Below are positions 1-9,429 of a stretch of DNA of 64,000 nucleotides, in pieces; positions within the stretch are counted from its first letter, which is position 1; every line of letters begins with the position of its first letter. The stretch covers positions 8,088 to 72,087 of the forward strand of contig CADCBQ010000007.1 of assembly GCA_902799745.1 (NCBI GenBank). The letters run 5' to 3'. The position numbers and the translations under genes were made by a program. Below the pieces are notes generated by a model, which searched no databases, had not been told where the DNA came from, and saw only the letters and a list, made by a program, of their open reading frames with translations. The DNA comes from Fibrobacter succinogenes. Its GTDB lineage: Bacteria; Fibrobacterota; Fibrobacteria; Fibrobacterales; Fibrobacteraceae.

Positions 1-342
1 CAAGGAACCGTAAGGTCCGTATTCGAACTCCGGAACAAAAGTCCATGCACCGCCGGTCGGTACCGTAAATCCCTTGTGCGGGTTAGAAAGCGGCCCATCG
101 AAGGGCTTGAGAGCGTATGTGATTTTGATGGTGTCACCTTTGTCGACGACAGAGGTGTCTTTATTGTCATTCCGAGAACTCGAAGAGTTCGTGGCAATCC
201 ATGAAGAACAGGATTCTTCTGCCCCGCTGCTTTCGCCGCCTTCCGGGCCAAAACTGCTCCCATCATCGCCACAAGCAGCAAACAACGCTGCTGCGGCCAA
301 CAGAACAATCTTCCCAAGACATTTGCTAAAGAGCTTAGCCAT
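1..342 (-). CDS. Lipoprotein, 5' part only (runs off the window); possibly a DUF4832/DUF4874-like glycan-active protein
   Basis: Own translation from ATG at 342: MAKLFSKCLGKIVLLAAAALFAAC (lipobox) GDDGSS...PFDGPLSNPHKGF...; frame is open to position 1. Family assignment is from recall of the PLxNPxKGF motif only. Confidence 0.7.
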   Translation of the reverse strand, partial: MAKLFSKCLGKIVLLAAAALFAACGDDGSSFGPEGGESSGAEESCSSWIATNSSSSRNDNKDTSVVDKGDTIKITYALKPFDGPLSNPHKGFTVPTGGAWTFVPEFEYGPYGSL

Positions 343-456
343 ATTTTAAGTATAGTATAATTTTTTAGACTCAGGAACATCCCTTTTTCAAGAATGTTTT
401 AAGAAACATAACTGACGAATTTTAACTAAAATCGCCATTTTTCAATAAACTCCCTT

Positions 457-531
457 GAAAAAGTGTATTCAAGTACACAAAAGTGGGTCGAAAAAGTGCA
501 TCAAAGCATTGATTTATCCCTTGAAAAAGTG
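457..531 (+). repeat. Three GAAAAAGTG direct repeats at 33-bp period
   Basis: Copies at 457, 490 and 523; copies 1 and 3 extend to TCCCTTGAAAAAGTGT. Confidence 0.7.
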
Positions 532-593
532 TGTTAGAAGAATGATATTGTATATTATACCCATTCAGATTTTGGAAAATTTGTCAGACGTTT

Positions 594-1226
594 ATGAGAA
601 CCACACCAACTAAATGGGCTCTATGCCGTAAAGCAATCTTCTTCGCTTTATGCGTGGAATGTTGCGCAAGTGGGATTGAAGATCTGTGGGCTCCGTGTTG
701 GCCATTGCCTCAAAATGTTCAAATCATAGAGTACATTGTCCCCTGTTGCTTTGATAAAGACTCACTTCGTTATACTTTTATAGAAGTTCCAAAAGAAATC
801 ACCTGGTACACCATCGATTTCGCACATAAAGAAAAAATTTGCTGCTATGTAGATGTGCCCCAAAGAGAATATACAGCCTTTATGACCGATATTTATAGTC
901 GGATTCAGCACATTCGTGATTCTGTAACATCCATGTTTCCAGCAATAAATCACCAGCGTCCGCCTAATTATGAATTAATGAACGAATTCCAAAAGCAAGC
1001 CTACAGCCGTAAACAGGCGGAGCTTTCTCGGCTTCGAGAATTGAAGGAAGATTCTGTATATTGCTTGGTAGTTGATTCCTTGGAAAATTCCTGGATGGGG
1101 CCACAATACCAGAAATTTGATATTCCCCCAGCAAACGATTGCAGACTTAACCACATTGAGGAAATGCGAAATCGTTGTATGAGATGGGCTAGGGCCACAC
1201 TCCGTCCCGCAGAAACGCGGAGATAA
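594..1226 (+). CDS. Hypothetical Cys-rich protein, AT-richer than its neighbours
   Basis: 210-aa ORF filling the gap before miaB; no recognisable motif. Confidence 0.55.
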   Translation: MRTTPTKWALCRKAIFFALCVECCASGIEDLWAPCWPLPQNVQIIEYIVPCCFDKDSLRYTFIEVPKEITWYTIDFAHKEKICCYVDVPQREYTAFMTDIYSRIQHIRDSVTSMFPAINHQRPPNYELMNEFQKQAYSRKQAELSRLRELKEDSVYCLVVDSLENSWMGPQYQKFDIPPANDCRLNHIEEMRNRCMRWARATLRPAETRR

Positions 1227-1273
1227 TTTTCAGTAAATCAATCTTCCCTCAAAAAAATGCTAAATTTGCCCGC

Positions 1274-2596
1274 ATGAAAAAATACCACTTGGCCACATAC
1301 GGCTGCCAGATGAACGAGTACGACTCGGCGATGATCGCCCAGGAACTCGACATGTGCGGTTGCATTGAGACGAGCAACCAGGAAGATGCCGACTTCATCA
1401 TCGTGAACACCTGCAGCGTACGCGAAAAGGCCGAGGAAACCGCCATTGCGAACATCAGCAAGCTCAAGTACCTAAACAAGAAGAACCCCGACGTGAAGGT
1501 TGTCGTGTGCGGCTGCATGGCTAAAAATCGCGGGCCGGAACTTTTGAAACGCCTCCCAAACGTGAGCTACGTCGTGGGCCCGGATCAGTACAAGAAAATT
1601 CCGGAATTGCTACTCGGCGACGCCCAGAGCCCCTTGCACCTGACGCACCACAAGATGTTCATTGACGAGGACCTGAGCGAAAACTACTTGGGCGAATACG
1701 CGAAGCTCCAAAACGACTTTACCACTTTCGTCGCGATTCAGCGCGGTTGCAACAAGCGCTGCAGCTACTGCATTGTACCGTACCTCCGCGGGCCGGAAAA
1801 GTACCGCGACATGAATGACGTGCTCGCCGAAGTCCACAAGGCCGCCGACAAGGGCATTACTGAGGTGACGCTCTTGGGCCAGACGGTAAACGCCTACAAG
1901 ACGGAAGGCGGCAATTTTGCCGACCTGCTCACAAAGGTTTCTGAAATCGACGGCATCCGCCGCATTCGCTTTACGAGCCCGCACCCGAGGCACTACACGA
2001 ACGAGCTCATCGACGTGTTGCTCAACAACCCGAAGGTCTGTCACTACGCGCACATTCCTATCCAGAGCGGCTCCGACGTCATGCTCAAGAAGATGCGCCG
2101 CCAGCACAACATGGAGCAGTACCTCTCGATTATCGAGCAGTTGCGCAGCAAGGATCCGTTCTACGGCATTTCGACGGACGTGATTTGCGGATTCGTGGGC
2201 GAAACCGAAGCAGATTTCGAGGCAACGCTCAAGGCATTTGAACAGTGCCAGTTCGACAGCGCTTTCATGTTCATCTACAGCCCGCGCAAGGGCACGGAAT
2301 CGTACAAGGAAGCCGAGACGCTCACCGAGCAGGAAAAGCAGGAACGCCACACACGCCTGGTGGAACTGCAGAACGCCATTACGCTCAAGCGCAACCAGAT
2401 GATGCTCGGCCGTACCGAGGAACTCCTGGTGGAAAAGAATTCCGCACGCGATGAAACAGAACTACGCGGCCGCACCGACAACTTCAAGAAAGTTATTTTC
2501 AAACCCGAAGAAGGCCGCATCGTAAAGCCCGGCGATTACGTAAAGGTGAAACTCGACGACATTCGCGGATGGACGATTAGAGGGACGTTGGTTTAG
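1274..2596 (+). CDS. miaB: tRNA-2-methylthio-N6-dimethylallyladenosine synthase MiaB
   Basis: TYGCQMNEYDS, NTCSVREKAE, radical-SAM CNKRCSYC, FTSPHP, C-terminal TRAM domain. Confidence 0.95.
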   Translation: MKKYHLATYGCQMNEYDSAMIAQELDMCGCIETSNQEDADFIIVNTCSVREKAEETAIANISKLKYLNKKNPDVKVVVCGCMAKNRGPELLKRLPNVSYVVGPDQYKKIPELLLGDAQSPLHLTHHKMFIDEDLSENYLGEYAKLQNDFTTFVAIQRGCNKRCSYCIVPYLRGPEKYRDMNDVLAEVHKAADKGITEVTLLGQTVNAYKTEGGNFADLLTKVSEIDGIRRIRFTSPHPRHYTNELIDVLLNNPKVCHYAHIPIQSGSDVMLKKMRRQHNMEQYLSIIEQLRSKDPFYGISTDVICGFVGETEADFEATLKAFEQCQFDSAFMFIYSPRKGTESYKEAETLTEQEKQERHTRLVELQNAITLKRNQMMLGRTEELLVEKNSARDETELRGRTDNFKKVIFKPEEGRIVKPGDYVKVKLDDIRGWTIRGTLV

Positions 2597-2635
2597 AGGA
2601 ATGAGGTCGTGCCTACGGCACTTTGAGGTATGAGG
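2597..2635 (+). repeat. TAC-triloop REP-like element
   Basis: GAGGTC-GTGCC-TAC-GGCAC-TTTGAGG flanked by (A/T)ATGAGG units; related copies near 8071, 16027 and 51595. Confidence 0.65.
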
Positions 2636-2643
2636 TTTTTGAT

Positions 2644-3558
2644 ATGAAAGCAAAGTCAATTTCTATTATACTCGCATTTTTTGCAACAGCCACATTCGCA
2701 CAAACGATAGCTGATGCACAAAAGGCATACGTTGCCGGCAACTGGAAAGAAGCCGCTGCCGCATACGAAGCAGCCTGCCCAAAAGAACCCGATTCTTCGC
2801 GTGCTGAATGCTACCTGTGGAACGTGCTCGCCCTTTCGCAAATGGGGAGCGCCCAGTCGTTCAAGATTGCAGGCAACCGCCTCGACAGTCTGATCAAGAC
2901 CACAAACCCGCAGCGCGCCATTTACGCAGACCTCATGATGACGAGCGCCCAGTTCAGGCTCTACCTTGGCAAGTATGACAAGGCCGCCGAAGACTTGATT
3001 CAGGCAATCGAAACTTCGCACCCGCACCAAGCCATTGTACTGCAAAAGGTTTGCAAGGCCGTAAAGGCAAAAGTAAAGTCGGAAGACTTGAACGACCGCT
3101 GCAACTTACTGAACAATCCGGATTCGCTGAAGGCTCTTCAGACCGCATCGCAGGCCAAAGCGGCCCCTGTTGCTCAGCCTGCCGCTTCTGTAACGCAGCC
3201 TGCTGTTTCCGAACCGGCACCGAAACCCGCCCAACCGGCTCCGGTGGTTGAACAACCTAAGCCTGCCGTTCAGGCCGCAGCCCCCGCTCCGGCACCCGTT
3301 CCAGCGACTACAGCCCCGGCACAGGAATACTGGACACTCCAGTTAGGGGCATTTGGAACAAAATCTAACGCCGACTTGCTGGTTTCCAACCTCAAAAAAC
3401 AGAAAATTTCCTGCACAATTATTGAGCAACCTCGCGGTGAAAAGACTCTCTATTTAGTCCAAACAGGCAAATTTGAAACCAAGGACCAGGCCGTCGATTT
3501 CGCGGCAAGCAAGCTTGCGCCCCTCAAAATTGAATATCAACCCCTTTTGAAAAGGTAA
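2644..3558 (+). CDS. Secreted TPR-like and SPOR (peptidoglycan-binding) domain protein
   Basis: Signal peptide, helical repeats, Pro/Ala linker, C-terminal WTLQLGAFGTKSNA...YLVQTGKF SPOR motif. Confidence 0.85.
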   Translation: MKAKSISIILAFFATATFAQTIADAQKAYVAGNWKEAAAAYEAACPKEPDSSRAECYLWNVLALSQMGSAQSFKIAGNRLDSLIKTTNPQRAIYADLMMTSAQFRLYLGKYDKAAEDLIQAIETSHPHQAIVLQKVCKAVKAKVKSEDLNDRCNLLNNPDSLKALQTASQAKAAPVAQPAASVTQPAVSEPAPKPAQPAPVVEQPKPAVQAAAPAPAPVPATTAPAQEYWTLQLGAFGTKSNADLLVSNLKKQKISCTIIEQPRGEKTLYLVQTGKFETKDQAVDFAASKLAPLKIEYQPLLKR

Positions 3559-3637
3559 ATTTGCACAAAAAAGCGCTTTTTTCGCGTTTTTCCCCTGCAA
3601 AAAAACACAAATTGTTCTATATTTGAGCAAACCCCGA

Positions 3638-3721
3638 GCCGGGGTGGTGAAATTGGTAGACGCGCCGGACTCAAAATCCGGTACTCGCGAGAGTGTGAGG
3701 GTTCGATTCCCTCCCCCGGCA
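3638..3721 (+). tRNA. tRNA-Leu(CAA)
   Basis: GCCGGGG/CCCCGGC acceptor, CCGGA-CTCAAAA-TCCGG anticodon arm, long variable arm, GTTCGA T-loop; CCA not encoded; TATATTTG box at 3618-3625. Confidence 0.95.
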
Positions 3722-3743
3722 TTATTTTTGAAGGAAGAAACTG

Positions 3744-4496
3744 ATGGCGAATTGGTGCAAGATTCTCACAACGGTGCTTTTGTGCGGCTCCATTGCGTTC
3801 GCACAGTTTGACGACGACGAATCTTCCGAAGATTCCTATTCTTACGGGGCCTCCGAGGAAACAACAGACGACGTTTTTGCTGACGACAACAGCAGCGAAG
3901 AAGCTTCTAGCGCAAAAGTTGGCGAAGCAACCGCCACTGCCGACGAATGGCAGGGATTCAACTACGAAGAAATGGGTCTGACCCAGTGGGAATTCCAGCA
4001 GGCCAAGCAAGAAGGTATTTCCAGAGATAAGTTGACACACCTCGTCGAAATGGGCATTCGTCCCTCTGAATATTTGCAGAAGCCGTGGGAAAAGCTCGGC
4101 GTTTCCGAAGAAGATTGGATTGCACAGCGTTCTGGTGGACTTGAAGACGCCGATATCGACCGCTCTTACCGCAATCATTCTGGTGATCAGGGTTATGCAT
4201 ATCTTTCCTTGCTCGTTCCGTCGCTCTATCAGTGGCACAAGCAGGAATCCATGAAAGCTATTTGGATTGATGCCCTTTGGGGTGTGAGTGTTGGCGCAAC
4301 AGTTTACCTCGCCATTGACGGCAATTCTGCTTGGTGGTACGGTCTGATTTTTGTGGCTGGTGCTCACATTTGGTCTTTCGCAGATGCATTCTTTAGCACC
4401 CAGTGGGACAGCAACCCGGACGCAAACCGTTTCAGTTATGGCATTCTCCCGACCCCGGAAAAGGGTGTTGCGGGATTCTTCAATGTCAAATTCTAA
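3744..4496 (+). CDS. Exported/membrane protein with acidic N-terminus and DUF5683-like C-terminal part
   Basis: Signal peptide; [11 protein letters not shown]...HIWSFADA segment; terminal aromatic residue (NVKF). Confidence 0.7.
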   Translation: MANWCKILTTVLLCGSIAFAQFDDDESSEDSYSYGASEETTDDVFADDNSSEEASSAKVGEATATADEWQGFNYEEMGLTQWEFQQAKQEGISRDKLTHLVEMGIRPSEYLQKPWEKLGVSEEDWIAQRSGGLEDADIDRSYRNHSGDQGYAYLSLLVPSLYQWHKQESMKAIWIDALWGVSVGATVYLAIDGNSAWWYGLIFVAGAHIWSFADAFFSTQWDSNPDANRFSYGILPTPEKGVAGFFNVKF

Positions 4497-4503
4497 GCGC
4501 ATC

Positions 4504-4851
4504 ATGCAGCTAGAATTACTCAAAAGCAAAATTCATCGCGCTACTGTAACCGACGCAAACCTCAATTACGAGGGTTCGATTACGATTGCCCGCGATTTGA
4601 TGGATGCAGCAAACATCCTCCCCTTCGAAAAAGTGGGCGTTCTTGACGTAAATAACGGCAACCGCCTTGACACTTATGTAATCGAAGGACCTGCAGGTTC
4701 GGGCGTGATTTGCTTGAACGGCGCTGCAGCAAGGCTTGTTCAGCCGGGCGACCTCGTGATTATTGTGGCATACGCCACTATGAGCGAAGAAGAAGCCAAA
4801 TCGTGGAAACCGACCGTGATCCACGTGAACGCTAAAAACGAAATCGTTTAA
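4504..4851 (+). CDS. panD: Aspartate 1-decarboxylase
   Basis: [14 protein letters not shown]|SITI self-cleavage site, CLNGAAAR; start reassigned to ATG 4504. Confidence 0.96.
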   Translation: MQLELLKSKIHRATVTDANLNYEGSITIARDLMDAANILPFEKVGVLDVNNGNRLDTYVIEGPAGSGVICLNGAAARLVQPGDLVIIVAYATMSEEEAKSWKPTVIHVNAKNEIV

Positions 4852-4881
4852 TCCATTTTTCTTAATTGCTATATTCTAAGC

Positions 4882-5451
4882 ATGCGGTTAATGCTGTTTT
4901 TGATGTTGTTTATGGCAATGCAAGCCCTTGCGGAAACCCCTGCGAAGGCCGATTCGGCTATTGCAACTACCGCGAAAAAAGACACCATTGTAGACACAGT
5001 CTACGTGGTTCCCGATGACGGAATTCCCTGGAACCGCGAACATTTTGACCCCGAGCGTTTGGTCAGACACGAAACATTTGACCCGGCTTTAAAAGTTGCC
5101 TATACTTATTCCGTTAGCTTTATGGGAGGATCTTTCGGAAGTTTTGCCCAGCAAAGCTACATGGCGCACCTCGCTTACGAATTCACGCCGGAGCTTCATT
5201 TATATGCAAATGTAGGACTCTGGATGCCGCTGTATTCAAATTTCCGATTCGGAACGCCTATAGCCAAAGAAGATGTACGACAAGGAAATGTAGACGTCGT
5301 GCTCCCCGATATCGCTCTTGAATACAGGCCGAACGAAAACATGAGCTTTAGACTGATGTTCGTGAACGAAAGCGACGCATTCAAGGCGTACGGACCGCAC
5401 CGTTACTTATACGGCGGATGCCCGTGGAGAACGCCTTATTACTGCAGGTAA
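4882..5451 (+). CDS. Hypothetical secreted protein (beta-strand rich)
   Basis: Signal peptide ending AQALA-like; typical codon usage. Confidence 0.7.
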   Translation: MRLMLFLMLFMAMQALAETPAKADSAIATTAKKDTIVDTVYVVPDDGIPWNREHFDPERLVRHETFDPALKVAYTYSVSFMGGSFGSFAQQSYMAHLAYEFTPELHLYANVGLWMPLYSNFRFGTPIAKEDVRQGNVDVVLPDIALEYRPNENMSFRLMFVNESDAFKAYGPHRYLYGGCPWRTPYYCR

Positions 5452-5503
5452 GACAAATAACATTATGACAGCACCTTACATTTTTCTAGATTTGCACTAG
5501 AAA

Positions 5504-5941
5504 ATGTACAAACGCCGTTCCAAAACATTTCCTTTTTCATTAGCCGTCATGGCCGTTTTATCGGCATTTCTTTTGACGGGATGCGAAGAAGAGAAAAAGC
5601 CCCAAGTCGTAAAGGTCAAGCGGACCTACAAGGGCGATGTCGAAGTGTTGAACAGTTGTGGAATGCAAGGTGCTGCCGCGAAAATGCGCTCTTACTTGCG
5701 AGAAAACGGCTTTGACATCGTGAGTTCCAGGAACGACCGTCTGCAGAATTACGACGAAACGGTACTTGTACTCAGAAATCCAGAATGGGAAGGAGCCAAA
5801 GCGCTCGCCCAGGCACTCAAGACCGAAAATGTGCTGGTGGTCCATAGCAGCCGAGCCGTGGTGGACGCAGCCGTGTACATCGGCAAAGACTTTGAACAAA
5901 TCATAGAACCCGAACAGGGAGAAACAGATGACAACGAATAA
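5504..5941 (+). CDS. LytR C-terminal domain lipoprotein
   Basis: Lipobox LLTGC; VEVLNSCG..GAA...L...GF..V...N and final YIGKDF motif; overlaps rsfS. Confidence 0.85.
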   Translation: MYKRRSKTFPFSLAVMAVLSAFLLTGCEEEKKPQVVKVKRTYKGDVEVLNSCGMQGAAAKMRSYLRENGFDIVSSRNDRLQNYDETVLVLRNPEWEGAKALAQALKTENVLVVHSSRAVVDAAVYIGKDFEQIIEPEQGETDDNE

Positions 5942-6341
5942 TCAAGAACTTCCCCAGTCCGTCCAAATCGGCGCAAGCATTTTGTTTGAGCTTCGCGCCC
6001 AGAACGTGCAGCTGATTGACCTGCGCGGCATCAAGGATGTCACGGATTATTTCCTCGTGGCAACCTGCGAAAGCGAAGCCCAGATGCAGGCAATTCTCAA
6101 TGAACTCCGCAAGGAATTCAAGGCGAACAAGCTCCCCTCCGTGGGCGTGGAATACAAGGAAGGCGTGCGTTGGGCAGTGTTCGATGCAGGCCTCGATCTG
6201 ATGGTTCACCTGTTCGAAGAAGAAAAGCGTAACGAGATTTCGCTCGACCGTCTGTACGCCGACGGCAAGATTGTAAACCTCGATGAAAATGACTTTGTAA
6301 AGACTAACGACAAGAAGGCCGACGACAATGAACTCGTTTGA
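5928..6341 (+). CDS. rsfS: Ribosome silencing factor RsfS
   Basis: IDLRG..DVTDYFLVAT, W...D...MVHLF..EKR.....DRLY. Confidence 0.92.
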   Translation: MTTNNQELPQSVQIGASILFELRAQNVQLIDLRGIKDVTDYFLVATCESEAQMQAILNELRKEFKANKLPSVGVEYKEGVRWAVFDAGLDLMVHLFEEEKRNEISLDRLYADGKIVNLDENDFVKTNDKKADDNELV

Positions 6342-8040
6342 GCAAGAAATCGCAGAAGCGCTCGCCGCTACCGGTTCCTTCGAAAAGGAAGCCGCCCTCA
6401 AGCTTATCTCCGTGCCGCCTGATACCACGCACGGCAACTTTACTATTCCTTGTTTCTCGCTCGCCAAGGTGATGCGCAAGGCCCCGAAGATGATCGCCGA
6501 AGACTTGGCCGCCCAGGTGAAGCTTCCCGCCGGTCTTTCGAAGGTGGAAGCCGTGAACGGTTACCTGAACTTCTTCATTGACCGCAGCTTCCTTGCGAAG
6601 TCTACGCTCGAAGAAATCGCCGCCAAGGGACTCGAATACGGTCACGCCGCATCGAACGGCAAGGTCGTTTGCATCGACTTCAGCTCCCCGAACATCGGCA
6701 AGGAACTCGCATTCCACCACCTGCGTTCGACAATGATCGGAAACTCGCTTTCCCGCATCTACAAGGCCGCCGGTTACAAGGTGGAACGCATTAACCACCT
6801 GGGTGACTGGGGTACCGCTTTCGGCAAACTCATCGTGATGTACCTGCGCGAAAAGCGCCCGACAGACGACGCTACGCTCGATAGCCTGACCGTGAAGGAA
6901 TTGAACATTCTTTACGCCGCCTTCTCCAAGGCCAGCAAAGAAGAACCCGGCCTTGAAGATGAAGCACGCGCCGCATTCACCAAGCTCGAACAGGGTGATG
7001 AATTCTACCGCAAGCTTTGGACCGCCTTCCGTGCAGCAACGCTCAAGGAACTCATGCGCATCTACGACATGATGGGCGTGGGCTTTGACCACTACACCGG
7101 TGAATCCTTCTTCGAAGACAAGATTCCGGCCATTCTCGACGAACTCCGCGAAAAGAATTTGATGGTGAAGAGCCAGGATCTGGACGTGGTGATGCTCGAC
7201 GAATTCGACCTGAACCCCTGCCTGATTCGCAAGAGCGATGGTTCTACGTTGTACGCGACCCGCGACTTGGCCGCCGCCTGCTACCGCAAGAAGGAATACA
7301 ACTTTGACAAGTGCCTTTACGTGGTGGACCTCGGACAGGCTCTCCACTTCAAGCAGGTGTTCCACGTGCTCAAGAAGATGGGCCGCGAATGGTACAAGGA
7401 CATGTATCACATTCCGTTCGGCGTGATCCTGCAGCTGGTCGACGGCAAGTGGGAAAAGGGCAAGACCCGTACAGGTACCGCAAGCCTGCTCCGCGACGTG
7501 ATTGAAGCCGCCCAGAAGAAGATTCTCGAATTCATCGACGCAAAGAATCCGGAACTCGAAAACAAGGAACTTATCGCCCGCCAGATCGGCATTTCCGCGC
7601 TCACCTTCAACGACTTGAAGAACAGCCGCCTGAAGGACGTGCGTTTCGATTGGGATGCCGTGATGAGCTTCGAAGGCGATACGGGTCCGTATGTGCAGAA
7701 CGCCCATGTGCGTCTTTGCAGCATTATGCGCAAGGCCGGCTACACGGTGAACATTGCCGATGTGGACATGGCCCAGCTCGGTGACGATGCCGCTTACAGC
7801 CTCATCAACATCCTGTCGAAGAAGGGCAAGAAGATTCTGGATGCTGTCGCCGGTGACGAACCGAGCGTTCTCGCCCAGTATGCCTTGGAAATCGCAGAAG
7901 CCGCACACAAGTTCATCCACGAAGACCGCGTGCTCGGTTCTGCCGAAGAAAAGTCCCGCCTGTTCCTGGTACAGGCAACACAGATTGTGCTCGAAAACGT
8001 GCTCGACCTGCTCGGACTTTTCCCGATCAGGCAGATGTAG
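6328..8040 (+). CDS. argS: Arginine--tRNA ligase
   Basis: DFSSPN..K....HLRST, NHLGDWGT, KSDGSTLYATRDLAA, FEGDTGPYVQNAHVR. Confidence 0.97.
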   Translation: MNSFEQEIAEALAATGSFEKEAALKLISVPPDTTHGNFTIPCFSLAKVMRKAPKMIAEDLAAQVKLPAGLSKVEAVNGYLNFFIDRSFLAKSTLEEIAAKGLEYGHAASNGKVVCIDFSSPNIGKELAFHHLRSTMIGNSLSRIYKAAGYKVERINHLGDWGTAFGKLIVMYLREKRPTDDATLDSLTVKELNILYAAFSKASKEEPGLEDEARAAFTKLEQGDEFYRKLWTAFRAATLKELMRIYDMMGVGFDHYTGESFFEDKIPAILDELREKNLMVKSQDLDVVMLDEFDLNPCLIRKSDGSTLYATRDLAAACYRKKEYNFDKCLYVVDLGQALHFKQVFHVLKKMGREWYKDMYHIPFGVILQLVDGKWEKGKTRTGTASLLRDVIEAAQKKILEFIDAKNPELENKELIARQIGISALTFNDLKNSRLKDVRFDWDAVMSFEGDTGPYVQNAHVRLCSIMRKAGYTVNIADVDMAQLGDDAAYSLINILSKKGKKILDAVAGDEPSVLAQYALEIAEAAHKFIHEDRVLGSAEEKSRLFLVQATQIVLENVLDLLGLFPIRQM

Positions 8041-8213
8041 CAGCGCCATAGGCGCTGCCGCTGTGAGGCCTGAGCTCGGACCTACGGTCCTTAGGGCTCG
8101 CCTTGCAAAGCAAGGCTTTGAGTAAAATAAAAAACGAGAGCATTCAAGCTCTCGTTTTTCTTTTTTAAACCTCAAAGGGCGCCTTGGCGGCCGCCCTCAA
8201 AGCTCATAACCTC
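8040..8213. repeat. Composite REP-like cluster around a bidirectional terminator
   Basis: Hairpins GCAGCGCC-ATA-GGCGCTGC, GGACC-TAC-GGTCC and GCCTTGC-AAA-GCAAGGC; TGAG units on the left and CTCA units on the right. Confidence 0.65.
8130..8159. terminator. Bidirectional intrinsic terminator between convergent argS and the FISUMP gene
   Basis: AAAAACGAGAGC-ATTCAA-GCTCTCGTTTTT. Confidence 0.85.
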
Positions 8214-9329
8214 TTAGTTTCCATTGATGCAGCGGACGGAGTAGGCGTTGGTCTTGCTCGGCACCAGCTGGCGGACCATTTGGTCGCTCATGCGGCCCAT
8301 TGCCCAAATCCAAATAGTTTCGTTACGGCCGTTCTGTGCGGACCAGAAACCGGCGTATTCGCCCATATCTTCGTAGCGGACAATCGACTTACCCACCATC
8401 TTGCGGTAGCCCGAAGAGAAAACGGAGAAGCCGTATTCGTCGGTTCCGCCACCACCCTGCCAACCAGTGGTAGCCTTCATCTTGTTTGCAAACTTTTCGC
8501 ACTTGTCCACGCCATCGTAGCAGTGAGTCAAGCCAACGAGCAAGTCCATCCATTCGCGGTCACGCGGCAGGTGCCAGCCTTCGGGGCATGCCTTGCGGGC
8601 GCCTTCCAAGTCATACAGACGGCCACCGCGAGCGCAGTAGTTTTCCTTATCTTCGTAGCACCAGGAGTGACCTTCCACATTGTAGTTCACGTTCTGGGCA
8701 AACCATTCACGGCCTTCAACCTTGATAGTGCGGTACACCTGGCCATCGCGCGGGTCCTTAACCATGCCCGACACATCGCGGAGAGAAGAGCGGTGTTCCT
8801 GTTCGGCGCGACGGTATTCCACCACCTTTTCGCGCTTGTACTTTTCACGGCCTTCCAAGGTATTCGCCCAAGTTTCTTGAGCTTTGGGATTCGTGAACTT
8901 GATGCGCAAATCACCCACGGCAAAAAGTTCATCGCCGCAAGCAAGGTCAACACCAGCAATGTTGATAATCAGATTTTCACCACCGAAATCACGCGGAGTA
9001 TTGAAGAACGAAATCCAAGCTTCCATGGTTTCGTTGCACTTTTCATAAAAGTGTTCCTTTTCAATCTTGTCGGCGGGAACCGTCATGTTGCCGGCAACAG
9101 AAAAAGCAAACAAGCTATCAGCAACCTTGAAAGAAACCGGCTGGACTTCCTTGTAGTGAGTGTACTTGCCGAAACGAATTTTGCCATCAATCTTAGCGGC
9201 AGAATAATCACCTTCGCCTTCGGCATTATAAATAGCGTCCCATGTTTTTTGCGGAACTGCAACGGCCTGGACAACTGCCATACCGAACACAACCGCGACC
9301 ATAGACTTGATAGAGAATTTAAGACTCAT
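8214..9329 (-). CDS. Fibrobacter succinogenes major paralogous (FISUMP) domain protein
   Basis: DPRDGQVYRTIKV...WFAQNVNY, GRLY, ACPEGWHLP...EW, GTDEYGFS, AYSVRC; signal peptide; SD GAAGGA before ATG 9329. Confidence 0.92.
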   Translation of the reverse strand: MSLKFSIKSMVAVVFGMAVVQAVAVPQKTWDAIYNAEGEGDYSAAKIDGKIRFGKYTHYKEVQPVSFKVADSLFAFSVAGNMTVPADKIEKEHFYEKCNETMEAWISFFNTPRDFGGENLIINIAGVDLACGDELFAVGDLRIKFTNPKAQETWANTLEGREKYKREKVVEYRRAEQEHRSSLRDVSGMVKDPRDGQVYRTIKVEGREWFAQNVNYNVEGHSWCYEDKENYCARGGRLYDLEGARKACPEGWHLPRDREWMDLLVGLTHCYDGVDKCEKFANKMKATTGWQGGGGTDEYGFSVFSSGYRKMVGKSIVRYEDMGEYAGFWSAQNGRNETIWIWAMGRMSDQMVRQLVPSKTNAYSVRCINGN

Positions 9330-9429
9330 TTTTCCTTCTCGCATAAAGTTTTCGTTTTAAAGTTAGAATATTTTAGCTTTTCGGAAAGCGGGCAAAGACT
9401 TAATGCCCACGATTTTATAATTTTGGGCT

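Noticed and set aside
74-349. 91-aa plus-strand ORF
   Set aside because: Shadow of the minus-strand lipoprotein starting at 342.
4351-4503. N-terminal extension of PanD in the ORF track
   Set aside because: It overlaps the upstream gene; the conserved PanD sequence begins at ATG 4504.
6676-6735. ArgS has ELAFHHLRST instead of a HIGH motif, and GKTRTG in place of KMSKS
   Set aside because: ArgRS signature motifs are known to be degenerate; spacing is normal and the rest of the enzyme is intact.
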